Positions 11,401-18,590 of a DNA stretch of 64,000 nt are shown here, piece by piece. Position 1 is the first letter of the stretch. Each line of letters opens with the position of its first letter. The notes beneath the pieces are model-generated. The model had not been told where the DNA came from and searched no databases. It saw only the letters and a list, made by a program, of their open reading frames with translations. Source of the DNA: an uncultured Flavipsychrobacter sp. (GTDB taxonomy: Bacteria; Bacteroidota; Bacteroidia; Chitinophagales; Chitinophagaceae); the NCBI GenBank assembly GCA_964430995.1, contig CAYSIG010000032.1, forward strand, positions 1,743 to 65,742, given 5' to 3'. A program made the position numbers and the translations under genes.

Positions 11401-12047
11401 AAAAAGCGGAAGTTGAGAATGAAAAAAAGCGTAGCGAAGCCTTATTATTAAACATCTTACCTGAAGAGATAGCGAATGAACTGCGAAGCACCGGAACCAC
11501 TAAGGCAAAACAATATGATAATGTGACCGTATTGTTCACCGATTTTGTAAACTTTACACAAGCAGCAGAGCAGATGAGCCCGCAGCAACTGATTAATGAA
11601 CTGCATGAATGCTTCAGTAAATTTGATGAGATAACAGGCCGGTACAATATTGAAAAAATAAAGACCATAGGGGATGCATACCTGGCGGTAGCCGGATTGC
11701 CAACAGCAGATTCCAGACATGCCGAAAACATGGTGCACGCTGCTATTGAAATAAATGAATACATGCGAGGCAGGAAGGAGAAGCTGGGCAACGCTACTTT
11801 CGGAATACGACTGGGCCTCCATAGCGGCAGTGTGACTGCAGGCGTGGTGGGCGTAAAGAAATTTGCTTACGATATATGGGGTGACACAGTGAACACTGCT
11901 GCCCGCATGGAGCAAAGCAGCGAAGCCGGTAAAATAAATATCTCACAAGTTACTTACGACCTCGTGAAAGATAAATTTACCTGCTCCTACAGGGGCGAGC
12001 AGGATGCCAAAGGCAAGGGATTGCTGAAAATGTACTACGTAGGGTAA
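8487..12047 (+). CDS. Membrane sensor adenylate cyclase: lipoprotein-like N-terminus, Reg_prop beta-propellers, Y_Y_Y domain, TM helix, class III cyclase
   Basis: About 14 D-x-x-G-N-L-W-F-G-T-x-G-G-G-V-S-R-Y-D-G blades; YRYMLEGYDNDW (YYY); PWYRAWWAYIGY TM; cyclase motifs VLFTDFVNFT, EKIKTIGDAY, YDIWGDTVNTAARME. Confidence 0.92.
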   Translation: MPRHIASLLLLAILFSCTNEQHRKNASLGVSKQDTFLPPHITILADLPDSLQPKVTMLDTAPKPRTVIVPTHGSSSYSFKNEKGEVTKINLEPPVKKMLPVLLNAKGEPIKDNARNVFIMGKGGKGNFTNFTSDDGLALDAISCSIMDRLGNLWFGTFGGGVSRYDGKTFTNITVAHGLANNQVLSMAEDKMGNIWFGTFGSGVCRFDGSTFTTFTTKHGLANNTILSIAQDKTGKLWFGTGGGGVSNYDGKNFKTFSTTDGLGNNTVMSIAEDKTGNLWFATIGGGVSRYNPSTAKPFMTYTTEHGLASNVVICICPDRAGNLWFGTYGGGTSRYDGKQFTAFSNMHGLANNQVVNIAEDRSGNLWFCTEGGGVSRFDGRTFTSFSATQGLASNAVKTITEDRLGNLWFGTFGNGVSCYNGDAFTNFSTAQGLANNKVYSIEEDKKGNLWFGTDGGGVSCYDGKAFSTFSNTQGIADNTVYSIAKDRKGSLWLGTHDGIYRYDGNSFMHFATIQGLAHNMVFSIAEDKAGYLWFGTNGGVSCYDGKSFTTFTVVQGLANNDVKDITEDSKGNLWFATNGGGVSRYDGKSFVTFSVAQGLANNNVYSITRDRTGNLWFATEGGLSVVNVTDLEQLDATLTLWQEKPLFKTFTKKDGLPDDFVTQVLQMPGGKMAIGTNQGITLFRPSEGLTTINEIEVYNSGTGYPVKDVNVGQHCMLLDSRGIIWAGTGSAKTALVRFDPAALFSNTKAPTLVIKNVKINQENIFWHDLEKVENWEQALNVDSNVVPSYITEEVTTMGRTLTKGERDSMKNRFGDIEFDSTTRIYPVPQGLILPYRHNNITIEFNAIETGKPELVKYRYMLEGYDNDWSPELKKTSATYGNISEGTYNFKVKAQGANGIWSEQVTYTFKVLAPWYRAWWAYIGYAILFVLSLFLFSKWREHNLRMEKERLERTVEKRTEELVQKNIVVEKQKAEVENEKKRSEALLLNILPEEIANELRSTGTTKAKQYDNVTVLFTDFVNFTQAAEQMSPQQLINELHECFSKFDEITGRYNIEKIKTIGDAYLAVAGLPTADSRHAENMVHAAIEINEYMRGRKEKLGNATFGIRLGLHSGSVTAGVVGVKKFAYDIWGDTVNTAARMEQSSEAGKINISQVTYDLVKDKFTCSYRGEQDAKGKGLLKMYYVG

Positions 12048-12318
12048 AAGGGAATTTTGTACTCATACCTCAGCCCAGTACATTCTTTTATTTAGAAAGC
12101 ACAATAAATTATGAAATTATTATATTTATAGATAATAAATATAATACAAATATTGATTTTGTGGATTACCCGCTGTAGGTTTAGTTACAATTACATATAT
12201 AACTGGTTTGGAATTCATAAATTAAGTTTACTTTTTTTAAATAAGCAGCAATAAATTGTATAGAATAACAAGCACGTTTAATGCAAAATCCTGTTTTGCA
12301 CAGGTATAAAAATGCAGG

Positions 12319-12353
12319 GGCGGAATCCGAAAAGCCGGAAAAATAGAGTAGGA
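12319..12353 (+). promoter_or_regulatory. Conserved leader motif copy 1 (candidate cis-regulatory RNA or operator)
   Basis: GGCGGAATCCGAAAAGCCGGA-AAAAT-AGAGTAGGA, ending 23 nt before the ATG at 12377; 20/21 plus 9/9 identical to copy 2. Confidence 0.6.
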
Positions 12354-12376
12354 AAAACACATTTAACACACACAAC

Positions 12377-12820
12377 ATGAGCGAACAAGAACCATCAGTT
12401 CACGGACATCCCGATGATACAACTTATACATGGTCGGTAATTGTCAAGCCGGCCGGCACTCAAAAGATCAATGCCTTTTGGATGGCGCACATCTGCGACG
12501 ACACAACGCAAAACATTGCTTCGGTCAACGCCGACGGCATTACCTTACTTAATACTTCTATTTATTCATATAGCGGACACGATGATGGCTGGACATTATT
12601 CTACATGGACAGCAACAATAATGTATGGGTGTATAAAGACTACCAGGCCGGTATTGATTCCGGTAGCTATAACGCCCCGGATTACAATGGCTCACTCACC
12701 ATAATGGTGGACCCGAGTGCAAATGCTGCGACACTGGAATTTAGTTATATGGATGGCAGTAAATCTAAAACCGAAAAGTACACCCTTGAACGTTTTGTGT
12801 CATGGACATCCATTTCATAA
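12377..12820 (+). CDS. Hypothetical protein, paralog A of an unrecognised small acidic family (147 aa, no signal peptide)
   Basis: Shares YTW, N(A/G)FW, WT(LF/FL)Y(M/L)DS(N/S)NN(V/L)WV, YNAP(D/E)YNGSLTI and FVS blocks with the next ORF. Conservation at the protein level supports coding status. Confidence 0.85.
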   Translation: MSEQEPSVHGHPDDTTYTWSVIVKPAGTQKINAFWMAHICDDTTQNIASVNADGITLLNTSIYSYSGHDDGWTLFYMDSNNNVWVYKDYQAGIDSGSYNAPDYNGSLTIMVDPSANAATLEFSYMDGSKSKTEKYTLERFVSWTSIS

Positions 12821-12886
12821 GCAACCGTATGGCCTACTTGTACAGGGTCTGAAAGAAGCAGCATGAACACACATGTAAAAAAAGGC

Positions 12887-12918
12887 GGCGAAATCCGAAA
12901 AGCCGGACAAGAGTAGGA
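12887..12918 (+). promoter_or_regulatory. Conserved leader motif copy 2
   Basis: GGCGAAATCCGAAAAGCCGGA-CA-AGAGTAGGA, ending 22 nt before the ATG at 12941. Confidence 0.6.
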
Positions 12919-12940
12919 GAAAATAATAAATACAGAAACA

Positions 12941-13357
12941 ATGGCAGAACAAAATAATCCGGGAGAGGCCCCCACAGAATATACCTGGCAAACAACTATC
13001 CAGACAGCGACAGGTCAAACGATGAATGGTTTTTGGTACTACCTCGTAAGTGGCGACGAAACGTCATCGTCTGCCGTGTTAGGCTCAACCAGCTTTCCGA
13101 GCAGCGCTCCAATTACAACTGAAGGCGGTAGCGATGAGTACTGGACTTTCCTCTACCTCGATTCATCCAATAATTTATGGGTACCTAACGATTGGCAGAC
13201 TAAATATAACGCCCCTGAATATAATGGCAGCCTTACTATCCAGGTGGATACTACAGGCACAATAACATTGACCTTCACTTATTCGGGTGAAGACAGCCCT
13301 TTGGTATACACGATAACCGGCTTCAAGAGTTTCGTTTCGCTCACCGGCAGCGCGTAA
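12941..13357 (+). CDS. Hypothetical protein, paralog B (138 aa)
   Basis: Same conserved blocks as 12377..12820; followed by a strong hairpin. Confidence 0.85.
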   Translation: MAEQNNPGEAPTEYTWQTTIQTATGQTMNGFWYYLVSGDETSSSAVLGSTSFPSSAPITTEGGSDEYWTFLYLDSSNNLWVPNDWQTKYNAPEYNGSLTIQVDTTGTITLTFTYSGEDSPLVYTITGFKSFVSLTGSA

Positions 13358-13395
13358 ATTATTTTGTCGGGCATTGAAATGCAAAAAAATGGATC

Positions 13396-13434
13396 AATAG
13401 TAAATCCCCCGGCAATACCGGGGGATTTACTATT
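13396..13434. terminator. Hairpin between paralog B and the convergent gmhB
   Basis: AATAGTAAATCCCCCGG-CAATA-CCGGGGGATTTACTATT, perfect 17-bp arms. Confidence 0.75.
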
Positions 13435-13495
13435 TAGGGAGTTACCATAAATTATTATAGCTGTTCTGCGGATTTCATCATTGAAAAAACGGGGG

Positions 13496-14074
13496 CTACC
13501 CTACCATCTCAGCGGGAATAAGCCGCGTGGCCCAGGCATAGAGTGAGGAGTATTGCTCATCTATGAGGTCGTGGGGCAGTGAGAAAGGCTCGTGCTTGGT
13601 GGTGAGGAATATGGTGTACATAGAGGCGCGTTTACCAAACTCCATATCGCTGATGCTGTTGCCTATCATCACGCTTTTTTTGAGGTCGATAGCAGGGAAA
13701 TCTTCCTGGGCCTGAAGCGCCATGCCTATGTTAGGCTTGCGGTTATGGTCGTCGTCGGTGACGGCAGTGGCAGCGTATATCTTGTCTATGCGACCGCCAT
13801 TCTCGGCTATTACAGCGCGCATGTTTTTGTTTATGTCCCTGAGGGCATCGAGGGTCATTATTCCCCTACCCACTCCTCTTTGATTGGACACTACAACTAT
13901 GTTGCCGAAAACACGGCTTAATGAGCGAAGGGAATCGAGCACACCATCGTGGAAAGTAAACTCATCCCAAGAGGTGATATATGAACCAACGGATTCTATA
14001 TTGATAACACCGTCCCGATCAAGGAAGAGTGTCCAGCTTTTATCGAATTCGGGTTTATTATTAAGGATATGCAT
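13496..14074 (-). CDS. gmhB: D-glycero-D-manno-heptose 1,7-bisphosphate phosphatase-like (HAD IIIA)
   Basis: LFLDRDGVIN motif I, VVSNQRGVGRG, RKPNIGM, MIGNSISD; adjacent to gmhA. Confidence 0.85.
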   Translation of the reverse strand: MHILNNKPEFDKSWTLFLDRDGVINIESVGSYITSWDEFTFHDGVLDSLRSLSRVFGNIVVVSNQRGVGRGIMTLDALRDINKNMRAVIAENGGRIDKIYAATAVTDDDHNRKPNIGMALQAQEDFPAIDLKKSVMIGNSISDMEFGKRASMYTIFLTTKHEPFSLPHDLIDEQYSSLYAWATRLIPAEMVG

Positions 14075-14081
14075 TATGCGG

Positions 14082-14663
14082 TTATTTTTTGTTAAACAAC
14101 TCCTGTTCTACGAGTTGGCAAATGATGTGGCCTATGGTGATGTGTGATTCCTGTATCCTTGGCGTATCGGTGCTGGGTACGTTTATCACATAGTCAGCGA
14201 GGGGTTTCATTTTGCCACCGGTCTCTCCTGTAAGTACTACATTAATCATACCAATCTTTTTCGCCTCCTCCATGGCTTTGATAATATTAACAGAATTTCC
14301 GGAGGTGCTGAGGCCTACGAGCACATCGCCGGGCTTGCCCATTCCTTTAATAATCCTGCTATAGACCACATCGTAGCCATAATCGTTGGCCACGGCAGTC
14401 ATGTATGAAGAGTTGCAATGGAGGGCCTCAGATGGCAGCGGGTCGCGATCGGTGTAGAAGCGGCCGCTGAACTCGGCGGCGAGGTGCTGGGCATCGGCGG
14501 CACTGCCGCCATTGCCGCAAAACAGCACTTTATTGCCATTGGCGAAAGCGGTGGTGATAAGCCGGGTAACCTGTTCGATGGTGGCGGTGAGTGCAGCGTC
14601 GGAGAGGACCTTATGTTTCACATCTATCGATGCCTGCAGGATGTCTTTGATTTCTTTTTGCAT
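14082..14663 (-). CDS. gmhA: Phosphoheptose (sedoheptulose-7-P) isomerase
   Basis: FCGNGGSAADAQHLAAEFSGRF, ANDYGY, STSGNS, TPRIQESHI. Start moved to ATG 14663 (MQKEIK) because a TATTTTTG -7 box lies at 14676-14683. Confidence 0.95.
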   Translation of the reverse strand: MQKEIKDILQASIDVKHKVLSDAALTATIEQVTRLITTAFANGNKVLFCGNGGSAADAQHLAAEFSGRFYTDRDPLPSEALHCNSSYMTAVANDYGYDVVYSRIIKGMGKPGDVLVGLSTSGNSVNIIKAMEEAKKIGMINVVLTGETGGKMKPLADYVINVPSTDTPRIQESHITIGHIICQLVEQELFNKK

Positions 14664-14930
14664 GGTAGCTATTGTCAAAAATACGTGGTAAAATGTGAAA
14701 TCTGCCAAAAACCGAAAACCGAAAACTAAAAAAAGGACCAGTATCCACACTTATTTAACAATGTGTATTTTCAAGCAATTTTTTTGTACTGCACCCATAC
14801 ATTTTTTTTGAATGCTGCCGAACCAGGGTATAATTTCGGGATTATGACGTTTTTCGATAAATATTATTTATTGAATGTTACAAGACGCTCTGCAGGCCTA
14901 TGTTATGCGTTTTATCACAATGTATAAAGG

Positions 14931-15000
14931 GGTATATTTATACCCGAAAAGGTATATTTATACCCCCCAAAGGTATAATTATACCCAAATAGGTATAATG
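14931..15000. repeat. Array of palindromic GGTATA-N2-TATACC units
   Basis: Units start at 14931 (GGTATATTTATACC), 14951 (identical), 14972 (GGTATAATTATACC) and 14992 (half unit GGTATAAT); spacing is 20, 21 and 20 bp. Confidence 0.9.
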
Positions 15001-15120
15001 CTAATGGCATATGGGTTGGGTGCCCACCAGGGCACGAAGTTCACAAAGCAGTATGTCAAAGAACCTCCCATTTTTGTGTGTATGAGGTAAAGTTCGGGAA
15101 GGTGTGATTACCCGCCAAAT

Positions 15121-15163
15121 AAAAAAAACATGATGGTACAGAAACTGTACCGTCATGGTTTTT
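15121..15163. terminator. Terminator-like hairpin in a divergent intergenic region
   Basis: A8-CATGATGGTACAG-AAA-CTGTACCGTCATG-GTTTTT. Confidence 0.65.
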
Positions 15164-15221
15164 GGGTGCAGTGTGGGCGCGGGTTTGAGGTGGATTTATG
15201 GATTTTAGAATTTACAGAAAT

Positions 15222-15269
15222 GGGATTACAAATCCCAAACCATTTGCGTTCGGATTTTAAATCCGAACG
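15222..15269. repeat. REP-like GGATT/AATCC palindromes
   Basis: GGGATT-ACA-AATCCC (15222-15236) and CGTTCGGATTT-T-AAATCCGAACG (15247-15269). Confidence 0.6.
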
Positions 15270-15353
15270 AGCGGGGGAAAATACTTGCATATTTAAATAA
15301 TCTTACATACATTTACTAGGTACCTATTTTTCCAGCCATAAAATACCCTAGAA

Positions 15354-16166
15354 ATGAAAATTAATTTACCAGTGCTTTTCAGCTTTTTTCCGTTCTTGTT
15401 ATTCTTGGCAATACCGCTTAATGCGCAAAGTATAAGTTCCGGCCCATTAATTCTCGATGCTTTGTTCATTGCGGATGCCAGCACTGATTCGAGCCCACTC
15501 TCAGAGCAAAACACTAATGCCGTAGAGCCCGACTACGCATCTACTCAGTTCTTCAAAAGAAGCAAGGACTCCTTATCTGCACGAAAAGAATTTACTAATT
15601 CTATAACATGCGTGGGCTTAGTATTGCGAGCAACAAAATCGGTTTACGCCAGTAGGATCAACATGCCAAGCATACACGAACTGCGTGTATTTGGCATTGG
15701 CTATGAGCATAAGGTGTACCGCAATGTAAACATAGGTGCTGGATATTATGTTTGGAAGCAGTTCTCACCTTGGTTTAATGATGTTTCAGTAAATTGTGAA
15801 CCTCAGGCAATTGTGGCAGGTCATGAACGTGGCATTGTTCAAAGACTTAATAAATATAAAATGTTTGACGTTTTTGGCAAGTACTTTTTAAATCGTGGAC
15901 ACCATCAAATTGACGCGGGAATAGGATTCTCGTATACATGGGGCGACAATACCGTGATTGATAGTATTTTCTCATATCCTGGACATGATGTTATAATTTC
16001 TCATCATGAATCAGCCAACTACGGTGGTGTGTTTGTGCTTATTGGTTACCATTACTACTTTTTACACAATCGGCTCTCAATTGGCTATGAAATCAATTGG
16101 AGAAACTATTTCGGAATATACTCGCCCTTTTTACAAAACGGACTAAGTGCTCGGTTTCGTTTTTAA
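15354..16166 (+). CDS. Hypothetical exported protein, possible outer-membrane beta-barrel
   Basis: Hydrophobic signal-like N-terminus, alternating aromatic strands (GIGYEHK, GIGFSYTW, GYHYYF), C-terminal Phe (ARFRF); AT-rich DNA. Confidence 0.6.
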   Translation: MKINLPVLFSFFPFLLFLAIPLNAQSISSGPLILDALFIADASTDSSPLSEQNTNAVEPDYASTQFFKRSKDSLSARKEFTNSITCVGLVLRATKSVYASRINMPSIHELRVFGIGYEHKVYRNVNIGAGYYVWKQFSPWFNDVSVNCEPQAIVAGHERGIVQRLNKYKMFDVFGKYFLNRGHHQIDAGIGFSYTWGDNTVIDSIFSYPGHDVIISHHESANYGGVFVLIGYHYYFLHNRLSIGYEINWRNYFGIYSPFLQNGLSARFRF

Positions 16167-16185
16167 CCCGTATTCCCCACTCGTT

Positions 16186-16395
16186 CTCGTTTGCAACGAG
16201 GATGCTTAGACGCGGTGTTTGCAACGCCCGTGTACCAGCAATAAATATACTAAGATAATAAAATACTGTATGCAGCTATACTCGCGTTGCAATCGCTGTA
16301 CCGTGTGATCCTCGTTACAAACGAGGACCAGTGCGAGGACCAGTACGGGGTACACGGTAGGTTGCAAACGAGGACCAGGTGGGGTTTGCAATACT
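16186..16395. repeat. Cluster of REP-like palindromes with CGTT(T)GCAA(A)CG cores
   Basis: CTCGTTTGCAACGAG (16186-16200), CCTCGTTACAAACGAGG (16310-16326), GTTGCAAACGAGGA (16361-16374), three CGAGGACCAG repeats, and outer pairing TACCGTGT/ACACGGTA. Confidence 0.7.
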
Positions 16396-16440
16396 TCCAA
16401 CAATCAAAAACTCAAAATCAACAATTCTGATACACTTCCG

Positions 16441-16899
16441 CTATTGGTAATAGTCGACCTTACAGCTATCTTTAGTCAAATCATTATACGTTAAGAGTAA
16501 GGTTCTTAATAAAGCTTTTTTTACTTTCCTGTCATCTAATGGATTATTATGAGCCAAAATAGTTTGATTAAAAACGTAAACAATCAATGTATCTTTTTTC
16601 ACAAATTGTGTCCAGACATCTTTATAGCAATATTGATGTATAGAAGCTATCTGATTGCCGTCCGGCTTTATTATTGCACCCATAAGGTTTTGGCTATCGG
16701 CTCTTAATGAATATGAAATAATTGTACTTAAATCATCATTATTTAATGTTACATCAGGATATGACTCCTTAACATATACCAATATACTTAAATTTGAATG
16801 GTTGTAAATTTTCATCTGTTTATTAGTATTATATACCTCACAACTTGTAGCCATGATGCAAATTAGAATAATACAAATAAATATGTTACTGTTTTCCAT
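16441..16899 (-). CDS. Hypothetical lipoprotein (possible orphan immunity protein)
   Basis: MENSNIFICIILICIMATSC lipobox-like signal; very AT-rich; starts 18 nt after the stop of an upstream remnant frame. Confidence 0.7.
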   Translation of the reverse strand: MENSNIFICIILICIMATSCEVYNTNKQMKIYNHSNLSILVYVKESYPDVTLNNDDLSTIISYSLRADSQNLMGAIIKPDGNQIASIHQYCYKDVWTQFVKKDTLIVYVFNQTILAHNNPLDDRKVKKALLRTLLLTYNDLTKDSCKVDYYQ

Positions 16900-16917
16900 T
16901 ATTTCTTTTTTACAAAA

Positions 16918-17257
16918 TTACTTCCATGTTTTATCAAAGTACTTTTTTGATAGATCATTTGCATCTCGCTCAGCCCAAAAATCCCCCAGTTGTTCCGGAT
17001 ATTTATCCGGAACTGATAACAATCCTCCGTTCTGCGAACGGTATTTGAAATACTGCATTATCATGATAGCTTCTTTAGTTCAATCAATCCTTTAATGCTA
17101 TCGTAAAAATACTCAACTATCAGTTCCCTGAATACCTTTACAAAAGGAGTTTTATTTGCTGTTCCAGATACATATCTGGAACAACTAGGGGGCTATGCGA
17201 GGAGACATCACCGGGGACACTTTTTAAGGATATTCTGTATGTTTTATAATCGCCAGA
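16918..17257 (-). pseudogene. Possible Rhs-type toxin C-terminal remnant, interrupted by an IR-bounded segment
   Basis: Removing 16984-17191 rejoins one frame reading SGDYKTYRISLKSVPGDVSSHS-DFWAERDANDLSKKYFDKTWK*. This resembles, from memory, the H-x-x-F-W-x-E-x-x-A-N-x-L-x-x-x-Y-F tip of Bacteroidota Rhs proteins. Confidence 0.35.
16983..17192. mobile_element. 210-bp segment bounded by imperfect inverted repeats (MITE-like or invertible element)
   Basis: Left CCCCCAGTT-GTTCCGGATA-TT-TATCCGGAAC; right, reverse-complemented, CCCCCTAGTT-GTTCCAGATA-TG-TATCTGGAAC. No transposase is encoded. Confidence 0.55.
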
Positions 17258-17310
17258 TTAGATTCTCGACTTCCGTACCCTGATGCGCCCGAGGGTGAAA
17301 GCGAAATAAA

Positions 17311-17334
17311 AAAAGCGCACCGAAGTGCGCTTTT
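17311..17334 (-). terminator. queA terminator
   Basis: Minus strand AAAAGCGCAC-TTCG-GTGCGCTTTT followed by T-rich sequence. Confidence 0.85.
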
Positions 17335-17355
17335 AGCATATTATGAACAAAGAAA

Positions 17356-18408
17356 TTAATCTACTATCAGCATGGCATCGCCGTAGCTAAAGAAGCGGTA
17401 TTTTTCTTTGATGGCTGTTTCGTAGGCGGTCATCATCAGGTCGTAACCAGCAAAGGCGCAAGCCATGATCATGAGGCTGGTCTTGGGCAGGTGGAAGTTG
17501 GTGATGAGCGAATCGGCAATGGAGAAATTATATGGCGGGTGGATGAAAATGTTCGTCCAGCCTTCTTCGGGTTTCAATAATCCCTGCGCGGTAACGGAGC
17601 TTTCGAGCGCGCGCATAGTAGTGGTGCCGATGGAGCAGATGTGGCGTTTTTCTATTTTGGCCCTGTTCACTATGTTGGCCGCATAATCATCTACCTTAAA
17701 GTATTCGGCATCCATCTTGTGCTTAGAAAGGTCCTCTACCTCTATGGGGCGGAAAGTACCTAAACCTGTGTGCAGGGTAACCTCTGCGAACTTAACACCT
17801 ACAATCTCCAGCCTTTTAATGAGCTCGCGGCTGAAGTGCATACCGGCAGTAGGGGCCGCTACCGCACCTTCGTACTTGGCGTAAACGGTCTGGTAGCGTT
17901 CTTTATCGTCTTCTTCTGGTTTGCGTTTTATGTATTTAGGAAGCGGTGTTTCGCCTAAAATATCGAGCATGCCCCTGAACTCCTGCTCATTACCATCGAA
18001 CAGGAAACGGATAGTGCGGCCACGCGATGTAGTATTGTCTATTACTTCTGCTACCAGCTCGTCGTTATCACCAAAATAAAGTTTGTTACCCACGCGTATC
18101 TTACGGGCGGGGTCCACTATTACGTCCCAAAGGTGGTTTGGCTTATTGAGTTCGCGCAGCAGGAATACCTCAATCTTGGCACCGGTCTTCTCTTTGCGGC
18201 CATAAAGGCGGGCAGGGAAAACCTTTGTATTGTTCACGATCATCACGTCCTTGTCGTGAAAGAAACCAAGGACATCTTTAAAAACCTTGTGTTCTATTTT
18301 GCCAGTTTTACGGTGGATAACCATCAGGCGGCTATCTTCACGTTTTTTGGCGGGATGTTGCGCTATGAGATTTAGTGGTAAGTCAAACTTAAATTGCGAC
18401 AACTTCAT
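17356..18408 (-). CDS. queA: S-adenosylmethionine:tRNA ribosyltransferase-isomerase
   Basis: [73 protein letters not shown]. Likely start is ATG 18408. Confidence 0.97.
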   Translation of the reverse strand: MKLSQFKFDLPLNLIAQHPAKKREDSRLMVIHRKTGKIEHKVFKDVLGFFHDKDVMIVNNTKVFPARLYGRKEKTGAKIEVFLLRELNKPNHLWDVIVDPARKIRVGNKLYFGDNDELVAEVIDNTTSRGRTIRFLFDGNEQEFRGMLDILGETPLPKYIKRKPEEDDKERYQTVYAKYEGAVAAPTAGMHFSRELIKRLEIVGVKFAEVTLHTGLGTFRPIEVEDLSKHKMDAEYFKVDDYAANIVNRAKIEKRHICSIGTTTMRALESSVTAQGLLKPEEGWTNIFIHPPYNFSIADSLITNFHLPKTSLMIMACAFAGYDLMMTAYETAIKEKYRFFSYGDAMLIVD

Positions 18409-18590
18409 AAATGGAGCAGAGATTTTTTTAAAGGGTGCGAAGATACAAAATGTAATTAACAAGGGGTTGCATTTTAATATTTATTATGTTGGTATGTTTT
18501 CTATGTGTCCGAAATCGAAGAGATTACATTTATTTTAACATGAGTGTTGTGGGGTGGTTTTCGGCACATTGCCAAAAAAATAGTAACTTT

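Noticed and set aside
14931-15000. CRISPR array
   Set aside because: Units are 14 bp with 6-7 nt spacers, far below CRISPR dimensions, and there are no cas genes in the window.
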